Assembly (NCBI RefSeq): GCF_006345805.1
Contig: NC_043004.1
Location: 10,106,001 to 10,170,000 of the forward strand
DNA from: Octopus sinensis
Taxonomy: Eukaryota
Length of the DNA stretch: 64,000 nt
Reading direction: 5' to 3'
Positions 1 to 10,744 of this stretch are shown here, in pieces. The stretch's first letter is position 1. The number at the start of each line of letters is the position of its first letter. A program made the translations under genes and the position numbers. The notes under the pieces are model-generated. The model saw only the letters and a program-made list of their open reading frames with translations, was not told where the DNA came from and made no database searches.

Positions 1-124
1 TTTCTCTTTAAAAATATAGACAGGATACACTACTCGATAAAAAGTATTTTGCATTCTGTCCTTCACGGTCTTACATACAGATACACAAACACGCGCATAC
101 AGACACATACAGACAATTACAGAT

Positions 125-126
<2 letters not shown>

Positions 127-168
<42 letters not shown>
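127..168. repeat. (CA)n microsatellite
   Basis: Perfect CA run. Confidence 0.95.
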
Positions 169-172
<4 letters not shown>

Positions 173-917
173 ACACTAAATAGAATCTTTGGTTAGAAAC
201 CACAAAGCAATCAGGCGAATGATCCGATATTGTTAAAAAAATATCCTTCGATTACTTAACTTTGAATAATATATATGTATTGATTTTGAACAAACCTATT
301 TTTGTAATTTGCAGTTATTTTGGCTGTCTTACAAATAACATCATCAATTTATTATTTAGACGATGCAATGTGTTAGGAAGCAAATACACATCGACAACTG
401 GTTCTCATATTTTTCAGTTTCAAATTATTCTCCTTCGAGAAGATTCGATGTCAATATTGCAACCGCTAAACTAAACCTCAATGTTCATCTCCGTACATTG
501 ATGAAAAGGAGAGAAACTTTTCCTTCTTGAAGTACAGAACATCAATAAAAGACTACGAGTTGCTAGAAGTGGTAAGAAGTCAGTTCTATTCAGATGGATA
601 ATATGATCAACATCTTATCCATTTGATCACAATTATTCATCTTTTCAGTGAGTCCTGTAACAGTGTTGATTTGGTGCTCACTTCTGAAGAAATGGTGCTT
701 ATGTTGAAATTCTAGGGAAAATTACACGGAAGTGGCTCCCTGCAGTTTGTTAGCTTGATAACTACTTGGTCCTTAAACACGAAGTTTGTGCTATGGTTTA
801 TATATAAATACTTAGTCTAAGACATGGCAACATGAAAAATGTTTCATGAGCATGGAAAGCACATCTTCGCATCAAAATCAAATTATAGTGTTTGACTAAC
901 AGAAACTGATGTGATCT

Positions 918-1338
918 AAGGCGGTGAGCTGGCAGAAACGTTAGCACGCTGGGCGAAACGCTTAGCGGTATTTCATCTGCCGCTACGTTCTGAGTTCAAA
1001 TTCCGCCGAGATCGACTTTGCCTTTCATCCTTTCGGGGTCGATAAATTAAGTACTAGTTACGCACTGGAGTCGATATAATTGACTTAATACCTATGTCTG
1101 TCCTTGTTTGTCCCCTCTGTGTTTAGCCCCTTGTGGGTAATAAAGAAATAGGTATTTCATCTGCCGCTACGTTCTGAGTTCAAATTCCGCCGAGGTCGAC
1201 TTTGCCTTTCATCCATTCGGGGTCGATAAATTAAGTACTAGTTACGCACTGGAGTCGATATAATTGACTTAATCCCTTTGTTTGTCCTTGTTTATCCCCT
1301 CTATGTTTAACCCCTTGTGGGCAATAAAGAATTAAGAA
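918..1338 (+). mobile_element. tRNA-derived SINE, family A (my label), with internal ~184-bp tandem duplication
   Basis: A-box-like GAGCTGGCAGAA and B-box GAGTTCAAATTCC. Body GTCGACTTTGCCTTTCATCCTTTCGGGGTCGATAAA recurs many times in the window. 967-1150 is repeated at 1151-1335. Confidence 0.85.
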
Positions 1339-1677
1339 ACTGATGTGTCGTGTTCAATTTCAAACAGATACGTGCTTTTTTTCAGCAACACAATGTTTTG
1401 AGGGTTTACAACAGACCTCTGGAGGAAAGGTGAAGGAGCACGAAATTTCTACAGCAACATTTGATTTGCCTGAAGTGTATTTGAGCTACGTGAGAAGTGA
1501 ATTGCCAGCACAAGATGGAAACCCTCTGCTCAGAATCTTGCTCAGCGAAAAATTGAAAAAGTGTTTAGTAAAGATGGCGACTAATTGGCAGAAGCGTTGA
1601 AACGCCTGACGAAATGCTCTGCAGTATTTTTCTGGCTCTTCATGTTCTGAATTCAAACTCTGCTGAATTCAAATTTG

Positions 1678-2065
1678 GAGTGGCTGTGAGGTAAGTAGCT
1701 TGCTTACCAACCACATGGTTCCGGGTTCAGTCCCACTGCGTGACACCTTGGGCAAGTGTCTTCTACTATAGCTTCGGGCCGACCAAAGCCTTGTGAGTGG
1801 ATTTGGTAGACGGAAACTGTAAGAAACCCGTCGTATATATATGTATATATATGCATGTGTATGTATATGTTTGTGTGTCTGTGTTTGTCCCCCCAACATC
1901 GCTTGACGACCGATGCTGGTGTGTTTACGTTCCCGTAAATTAGCGGTTCGGCAAAAGAGAATAAATATACTAGGCTTACAAAGAATAAGTCCTGGGATCG
2001 ATTTGCTCGACTAAGGGCGTGCTTCAGCATGGCCACAGTCAAATGACTGAAACAAGTAAAAGAGT
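1678..2065 (+). mobile_element. tRNA-derived SINE, family B (my label), with internal (TA)/(TG) microsatellite
   Basis: Head GGCTGTGAGGTAAG...GGTTCAGTCCC, core GGGCAAGTGTCTTCTACTATAG, tail CAGCATGGCCACAGTCAAATGACTGAAACAAGTAAAAGAG. More than 10 copies in the window. Confidence 0.85.
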
Positions 2066-3320
2066 AGAATTGCCAGAATGTCGAACAAAATGTTTAAGTA
2101 GTATTTGTTCGGATTCTTTATATTCTGAGTTTCCAGACATGTGTGTCAAACAGGTGTGCATCTAGCCAAGATGGTACCTTGTTAAAATATCCAATGGAAG
2201 GCAACAGAATATCACATTTGCCAACGCGTCACGCGGTTATATTTTCTTCCTTCTATGCATAATGTATGCTACGCATTCCCACTTGTTTTCATCCACCAGA
2301 ATAAATTTGGACTTATAAAAGGCAAGCTTTATGTTATTCAGAACGTTTGAAACAAGAGCTAACCAAAAGACAGAAGCAATCATGAACATTTAGAATGAAC
2401 TTATCAAAATACTTTGGACAAACAAAGGGCTAAGTATATAAGAGGCCGGTTTCTTTAGCATTAAATAAATAATCAAGAGAATTTCTCTTGGACAATATAC
2501 TATAATTTTGTTGTTAACTTTCCTCAAATGTCCAGTTGAAGTTAGACATTAATCCTTTCCTCTATAGACACAGTGAACAGATATAAAACAGATATCTGCT
2601 CATCAGTTTTGAAAGTGTAGCTTAACAAGTATCGAACTTAGATATTTTATAGTGAGTATACACCATTAAATTTTCTAATTATTGATGATAAAAAAAAAGA
2701 AGCAATTTCCAACTAGCAAAATATGTAATCGACAGGAAAAAAAATTCAATTTTCGTTTTTAACTATAAAGATTTATATCTCATTTCAGATATGTAATTGA
2801 GACACGCTGGTTTCGTTTCAGGGTAAACATGTAGGGCCGTAATCTATAAAGTGTGATATATTAATTAATTATGGTGTAAATATGATGTATTAATTAAATT
2901 ATGTTGTAAGTGAAATATATTAATGAGGATAAAGTTGGTTTCAATTTCCTTTTTTTTTATATCTTAATTTTTTCTTTATTTTTTGAAAAGTTCTAATACA
3001 GATACGTGTATATGTTTGTGATTGTATATGCATGTGTGTGTTTTTCTTTTATATATACGTACTGTTCCATATATTTTTGCGTATACTTGTATATATTATG
3101 CGCTTAGTGTATGAAGTTTAACATAATGAAATGTGTTTACGTTATCTGACCAAGTAGCAGTAGTGTTGTGCAAATGAAGTGCTTGAGTAAGGAACGCATT
3201 ATGTTGCGTGAGTTGTAATATATGATGTGTTTGTGTGCTTATGTTTGTGCAAGGTAGCGTTGAGTCAATATTATTTACAAACACTCATAAATTAATATGT
3301 ATGTATGTATGAATATATGC

Positions 3321-3356
<36 letters not shown>

Positions 3357-3371
3357 ATATATATATATATA

Positions 3372-4258
3372 TTTCACAATTGAGGGTAAAATTAATTAAT
3401 TAATCAATTTCACCAAGTATTCAGTATGCAAAGGGACCATTTAAGGCGAATTCAAATTATTACATTATATAAAAGGCTTAGTAAAATAAATTACTTTGCC
3501 GCATACTGAACTCATTAGAATAGCAGCTAAAAAATCTTTTTTAAAACTATTTCCAATACTTAAAGAAAACCTCTCTCATATATTGTTTGCTCAATTCAAC
3601 TCACGAAAGTATGGGGGTAGAGACATTAAAAATCAAATGCAAAGGTTATTTGAGAACGTACGTTTCAAGATTAGTCAAAATCGACACTTCTATCATCAGC
3701 TCAGAACTCCCTGGTTTGGATTTGAAAACACTGAAAGTGGGAGCATACCTTTCGGCTTGTTATCGCTTCTGAAGATCTGCTCGAAACTAACAGTGCCAAC
3801 AAACTCAAATATGCAAGCGAAGAATTTCTGCTCTCCCCTTTCCACCAGCGTGGGTTAAAATCAGCAAACACTATGCTTTTTTCGGTAAAATCCGAGGCAT
3901 TTAAATAGAGAGAGATGAATTATAATTTCAACAATTGAGGGTAAAATTAATTAATTAATCAATTTCACCAAGTATTCAGTATGCAAAGGGACCATTTAAG
4001 GCGAATTCAAATTATTACATTATATATTATATAGCTGCTATTTCTAATGAGTTCAGTATGCGGCAAAGTAATTTATTTTACTAAGCCCTTTTATATAATG
4101 TAATAATTGAATTCGCCTTAAATGGTCCCTTTGCATACTGAATACTTGGTGAAATTGATTAATTAATTAATTTTACCCTCAATTGTTGAAAGATTTTTTA
4201 GCTACTATTTCTAATGAGTTCAGTATGCGGCAAAGTAATTTATTTTACTAAGCCCTTT

Positions 4259-4265
<7 letters not shown>
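3372..4265 (-). repeat. Solo diverged copy of the ~557-bp HHR-bearing unit, plus a partial second unit and inverted fragments
   Basis: 3377-3931 aligns by eye with each unit of the 20380-23162 array. 3927-4025 restarts the unit. 4032-4190 and 4192-4265 are reverse complements of the unit's left end. (TA)n flanks both sides. Confidence 0.9.
3651..3693 (-). ncRNA. Minimal type I hammerhead ribozyme motif, partly decayed
   Basis: Minus strand UGAG-CUGAUGA-uagaagugucgauuuugacuaaucuu-GAAAC-GUAC-GUU-CUCA. The triplet is GUU and the first stem II pair is U-U. Confidence 0.6.
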
Positions 4266-4350
<85 letters not shown>

Positions 4351-4531
4351 ATATATATATAATATATATTATATATATATAGCAAAACGTATACTCACAC
4401 ACACACACACGTATATGTAAGTATGCATGTATCCGTCTATCTATTTAAAGGCAGTATTATATACACAAATTGTGTATTATACACAAACACATACACGTTT
4501 ATGTATGAATGTATCTATGTAAAGACAGTAT

Positions 4532-4585
<54 letters not shown>

Positions 4586-4692
4586 CTCATATATATACAT
4601 TTGTGTGTATATATTTATATATATATATAGTCACATATACATTCATAAACGCATTCACCCAAGCATGTATATATATATGTATATATATATAA

Positions 4693-4745
<53 letters not shown>

Positions 4746-5037
4746 TATAAATCATATATATTTATATAAATATACATACATGCATACATATTATATACAA
4801 TATATTATATACATGTCTGTATGCATATATATACATACATATATATATATATATATTATGATGCATGTATGTATATATGTATGTAGGTATGTATGTATTA
4901 TGTATGTATGTATGTATGCATGTATGTATGTATGTATATATGTATGTATGTATATATATATATTATATATATATATATGAATGCATGTATGTATATATAT
5001 ATATATATATATGAATGCATGTAAGTATATATATGTA

Positions 5038-5082
<45 letters not shown>

Positions 5083-5210
5083 TACATATATATATCTTAC
5101 ATGCTTCATATATAATATATATTATATATACATACATGCATTCATATATATATATATATATACATACATAATACACATATACATACATATACGTGTATAT
5201 ATAACAAATA
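4262..5210. repeat. Compound (TA)n/(CA)n/(TACA)n microsatellite block
   Basis: Visible simple repeats; source of the YIYI/MYVC pseudo-ORFs. Confidence 0.95.
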
Positions 5211-5867
5211 AAAGCACAATGAAAAAAAGTTTTTTACAAAATATTATATTATTCGTTGGTAGGAATCTTCCGTGACACTAAAATTCCTTGATCTCTGTCC
5301 AACAGTTATAACAACTGATTCACCACTTCACACGACATCGAATGAACAAACAAATATAAACAACAACAACATCACAAAGAACAACAACTACAACAAACAA
5401 AGTGATAGAAGCAACAGCAGCAGCAGCAGCAATTCAATAATAACAATGACTGAGCCACAGAGCAACAAACACCACAAATAATTCCTTGGTCCGTTAGGAA
5501 TATGTGTTTGATCTGATCGATAACTAGCTGGACTGCAAATATTAAAATCTATGAGGCCTGTCGTTGAAACGATTCACTGACTTGTCTTCATATGCTAATG
5601 TGCACAATCAGAAACAAGCAAGCAAACATATATTTACAAACGGAGATGGTGGCATAGTTGTGAAATCGAAGGATCTCAATAACTTTTTTTGTTCGTTTAA
5701 TTCAAAATTATTATCATTATTTTTTTTTTTAAATACTCAAAACGGGATTTAAATTAAACAACAACACTTCGATTGGCGTAATCACCAGTCGTCTTCAGTT
5801 GCAATGCTTGGTTCATGTTCTTGCTAGTTTTTGTGCTTATTACATATATGCAAATATATACTCATAC

Positions 5868-6750
5868 ATGGTTGAATGTTCTGTCTCCATATCTGTACAA
5901 CATCTATGCAGAAAACATCATAAGAGCGATGAAGGAGAACTACGATGGAGGTGTGCAGATTGGCGGAGAAAGGCTGTGCAATCTGAGATACGCCGATGAC
6001 ACAACCCTCATTAGTAACATCAAGGACGAATGATGCAGATGATACGCAAAGTGAAAGACATGAGTGCACAAAGTGACCTGTTCCTGAATGTAAAGAAGAC
6101 AAAGATCTTGGTGGTGGATAAGTACAAGACAGACCGAGGTAACTTCAGGAAGTGGATGATTTTCTGTACTTGGGATCTACAATCAACACCAGTGGATCAA
6201 GTATACCAGAGATACGGAGAAGGCTTGCGATAGCGAGGCAAGCGGTACAAGATATGGAGAACATCTGGAAGAGTCGTGGCGTGTCAATGATGCTGAAGAT
6301 AAGGCTACTTCGGGTTGCTGCTTTCTCTATTGCGACGTACGGCTACGAGTAGTGGACGATGTTGAAAGCAGACGAGAAAAGAGTGAGCGCTTTTGAGATG
6401 TGGTGTTACCGCAGAATCCTTAGAGTGTCGTGGATGGAGAGAAGGACGAACAACTGGGGACTAGAAAAGCTCGGTTGCGAGATGACGCTTCGGTGAAACA
6501 TCATGAAGCGGAAGCTACGGTTCTTTGGCCACATCATGCGTCGGGATGGACTTGAGCAAATGATCATAACTGGCAGGGTGAACGGCAGACGTAAAAGAGG
6601 CAGACCAACCACTTCTTGGCTGAAAGACATCGCAGCCACGGGATTGTCTTTATTCTCAGCTGTCCATTGGGTAGAGGACAGGAGAAGGTGGCAAGACATC
6701 GTGATGACCACAGCATCGCATAGTGCGATACCTGACTAGGATGAGGATGA
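5868..6750 (+). mobile_element. RTE-clade LINE, 5'-truncated and decayed (RT C-terminal half plus 3' end)
   Basis: Spliced frames give VLSPYLYNIYAE, NLRYADDTTL (YADD at 5989-6000), LNVKKTKIL, DFLYLGSTI, SAFEMWCYRRILRVSW, KLRFFGHIMRRDGLE and GRRKRGRP. Contains stops and frameshifts. Confidence 0.9.
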
Positions 6751-7064
6751 TGGCTGAATGGCAAAGAAATTTGCTTCACGATCACGTGGTTTCAAGCTCG
6801 GCCCCACTGCGTGACATCTACTATAACCTCGATCGTCTATCAATGACTTGTGAGTGAAATACGGAACACCTTCGCATGTGTGTGTGTGTGATTGTGTATG
6901 TATGTATGTATGTATGTAGGTAGGTATGTATGCATGCATACATGCATCTATTTATGTATACATGAATGTTTGCGTGTATGTATCTCCCCACTCTCTCTCT
7001 CTGTACATATATATATATACGACGTTGGAATTGCCCCCGGTTGATGCATGAAATCTTACCTGTT

Positions 7065-7157
7065 TAAAATTTTACCTGAAGATGGTGGATTACATGATAT
7101 GATGCAATCTATGAAAACATCAATAAAATACTATTTAAACTGCTATCGTAAATTTTA
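7065..7157 (+). ncRNA. Hammerhead-like motif, degenerate (probable Penelope pLTR remnant)
   Basis: CUGAAGA 7076-7082, a hairpin at 7085-7112, GAAA 7113-7116, AUC 7145-7147, and stem I strands 7065-7075 / 7148-7157. Helix III does not pair. Confidence 0.35.
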
Positions 7158-7647
7158 GCGCTATTTGTTTTCTCTTTTTCTGCATATAGACATGCGCGCA
7201 CGTACACACACGCAGACACAGACACACGTACGCTCACACATAAAAGTGAAGAATGGAGTAGCTGGTATTATATTTATTCCATGGTTTACAATTGTTTCAA
7301 CAACATGCAGGCGGAAAATCAAGCATCATGCATGCGTATATGTAGACATGGATGAGAACAATGTTATAGTTATACCCATTATGTATGTATACTGAATAAT
7401 ATACATGCATACGTATACACACATACACACACAAAAAAAATGATGACATGTTAGTATGGAGGTGTGTGTGGTTACCTTTATGTTCGATAAATCATTCATT
7501 CGACAAATATAAAATAGTAGACTTTAAATAATATGTATTGTGTTCAATATGATCGAAAGATTCCTAAAAAAACGAGGTTTCCCAGCATGGCGGCAGTCCA
7601 ATGACTGCAACTAGTAGCAGAATAAAAGACAGTAAAGGAATTCAATG

Positions 7648-8312
7648 TGGAGGCACATGGCCTAGTGGTTAGAGAAGTGGACTCACAGTCGAGAGATCGC
7701 GAGTTCGAATCTCAGATCGGGCGATGTGTATTTATGAGAGAAACACCTAAGCTCCACGCAGCTCCGGCAGAAGGTAATGGCGAACGATTTTTTTTCTCTT
7801 TTTTACTCTTTTATTTGTTTCAATCATGTGACTGTGGTCATGCGGGAGTACCACCTTTAGTCATGCAAATCGACCGCAGGACTTATTCTTTGTAAGCCTA
7901 GTACTTATTCTATCGGTCTCTCTTGCCGAACCGCTAAGCTACTGGGACGTAAACACACCAGCATCGGTTGTCATATATATATATATATATATGACGGGCT
8001 TCTTTCAGTTTCCGTTTACCAAATCCACTTACAAGGCTTTGTTCGGCCCGAGGCTATAGTAGAAGACATACCCAAGGTGCCACGTAGTGGGACTGAACCC
8101 GGAACCACGTGGTTGGTAAGCAAGGTACTTACCACACAACCACTCCTATGCCACAACTTTCTCTCATTCTTTCCTCGTCCGTCTGGCAGCTCACCTGCGA
8201 CGGTTCGGCGTCCTGTTCAGGTAGGAAACCTATATGTCAATGAAATGGGGAAACCGGCCCTTATGAACCAGGCATGACTTCAGAAGGAACAAACAAACAA
8301 ACAACAACAACA
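7648..8312 (+). mobile_element. tRNA-derived SINE, family C (my label), interrupted by a family B SINE
   Basis: A-box TGGCCTAGTGG and B-box GTTCGAATC at 7657-7712. The body resumes at ~8150 and ends in a (CAA)n tail. Related to the complete copy at 59985-60304. Confidence 0.75.
7797..8150 (-). mobile_element. SINE family B
   Basis: Reverse complement of the 1678-2065 family, with internal (TA)n. Confidence 0.85.
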
Positions 8313-8939
8313 ACATGAACAACAACCAAGGAATTCAATAATTCTTATTCGAGTATCTAACAAGCAGAAACACATGGCCTAGTGGTTAGAGAAGCAGACT
8401 TACGGTCGAGAGATCGCGGGTTCGAATCTCAGATCGACATATGAGTACTGTCGGACATTCTACCGATGCAAAGTATAATTAGGTATAGGAGATTTCAAAT
8501 TTCGATAGGAGAGAAACAAAAAGTTCGTGAACGTTAAAAGACAGAAGATATAAAGAAAAAAGTCATGTGAACTTCTCAAGTTAAAGAATGTCTGAAGAAG
8601 TTGACATACGACATCACAAGAAAAGGTGATCTGCCTCCAAAGATTATATACCATCGTTCGGTTGAAACAGTCATCTTTTATTTACAACAAATTTTTCATA
8701 TTCCGGTGTAAAGCGTTAGTTTCAAGTGTGGAATGTCTGTGACCAAGGGCCTGTGGGAATCAGTTGTTGTAGAGATAAACGAGAACAAATGGCAATGTAT
8801 ATTAAAAAAAAAAAATATGTGTAAATATATGTGGGTGTGATACACACACGCACACACACACACACACACAAACACGCACATATATATACATACATACATA
8901 CATACATACATACATACTACATACATACATACATACATA

Positions 8940-9043
<104 letters not shown>

Positions 9044-9099
9044 GTCGTGCAGCTACTGTTTATACTTCTCTCAGAGATTATTATTGCTTATATTATTCT

Positions 9100-9276
9100 C
9101 TTTTGCTCTTTTACTTGTTTCAGCCATTTGACTGTGGCCATGCTGGAGCACTTATTTTTTGTAAGCCTAGTACTTATTCTATCGGTCTCTTTTACCGAAC
9201 CGCTAAGTTACGGAGGCGTAAACACACCAGCATCGGTTGTCAAGCGATGTTGGAGGAACAAACACAGACACACAAA

Positions 9277-9334
<58 letters not shown>

Positions 9335-9487
9335 CTACGGGCTTCTTTCAGTTTCCGTCTGCCAAATCCACTCACAAAGCTTTGGTCGGCCCGAGGCTAT
9401 AGTAGAAGACACTTGCCCAAGGTGCCAAGCAGTGGGACTGAACCCGGAACCTTGTGGTTCGTTAGCAAGCTACTTACCACACGATCA
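9100..9487 (-). mobile_element. SINE family B
   Basis: Reverse-complement family B with internal (CA)n/(TA)n. Confidence 0.85.
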
Positions 9488-9658
9488 CTCATATATATAC
9501 ATATATTGTGGACGCGTTTCTGGGTTAGAATTATAAAGAACTCATTCCCGCCCTCAGCACAACAATCCAATAAATTATAGATCTGCAAATGCTATTTATC
9601 TATTTATGACAACTATTTTTTAATTTTCGGTATGTGGCTAAGCAACTGGTACTTAACC

Positions 9659-9700
<42 letters not shown>

Positions 9701-9806
9701 TATATATATATATTAATATATATATATATATAAAGAACTTTTTTTTAAAGTTCCTACCGATAATGGTTATATTTCCGAAACTACTGGTAATAATTATTAA
9801 ATTTTA

Positions 9807-9853
<47 letters not shown>

Positions 9854-10744
9854 TACCATATATTAATCCGATCTATGCAACAGAATGTAGTATTAGGTTA
9901 AAATAGCCATCTGTGAATCGTACTTTACGCAAATACATCACGAAAAGGCAAATTAGTCATATTCCTACGGAGATAATATCTCTTACGGACGTACTGTGTT
10001 TAAATATATCAGAAGCACATGCAAATGGCCCAGCAGCGGTGGTGAGAATGCCCAGACATGCATTTCTGCCTCATTGAGCTTTCTCTAGAACATGCACTAA
10101 CTGTCAACCGCATGCTCAGACAAGATCTTTTGCTACTGATACTGGGAAAGGTAATTAAAAAAATCACTGACGTGGCAATTAGCCACCCGGCTGAATAAAA
10201 ATTGTTATAAGTAACAGAAGCAGCATTAGATTAAAATAGCCATCTATGTATCATACTCAATGCAAATACATCACGCAAATGCAAATTGCTGCTGCAGTAT
10301 TCGTCCAGTGATAATATCTTTTATGGATGTACTGTGTTTAAAAGCACAAATATATTCGTAGCACAGGAAAATCACCTCGCAATACATATGTATATAAGAT
10401 GAATAATTATTCATTTACTAGCTTCAGTTATTGAACTGTGTACCAGTCGGTTTTGACCTGCCCGTTTGAGGGGTTTTATTTAATTAAATCCACACCAGTA
10501 GTTGTTGGAGTTTTGGTACTTGGTCATCTCTATCGGTCTTTTTTTGTTTGCCAAATTGCTGAGGTACAGGAGCATAAATTAACCAACTACGGTCATCAGG
10601 CCGTAAAAGACAAGCGCGAACACTAAGGGGCACAAACATGTACACACACACACACACACACACACAGACACACGCACACGTATATCTGGGATTACGCACT
10701 GATTCTGCTTACCAAGTTGACTCACAAGACATTAGTTAGTATTG

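Noticed and set aside
1343-1600. 85-aa ORF as a possible host exon
   Set aside because: No recognisable domain, no convincing splice pair, and it ends inside a SINE head.
2570-2612. Minus-strand CUGAUGA followed by an 8-bp hairpin
   Set aside because: No GAAA after the hairpin.
3763-3820. Second, plus-strand hammerhead-like motif in the 557-bp unit (UCGCUU-CUGAAGA-ucugcuc-GAAAC...AAGCGA), which would imply ribozymes in both polarities
   Set aside because: The triplet before stem I is UGC, not NUH; stem II and helix III do not form; and all five array copies read CCAAAC instead of CGAAAC.
7648-7725. tRNA gene (also at other SINE heads)
   Set aside because: A and B boxes are present, but they continue into SINE bodies and lack a full cloverleaf and terminator.
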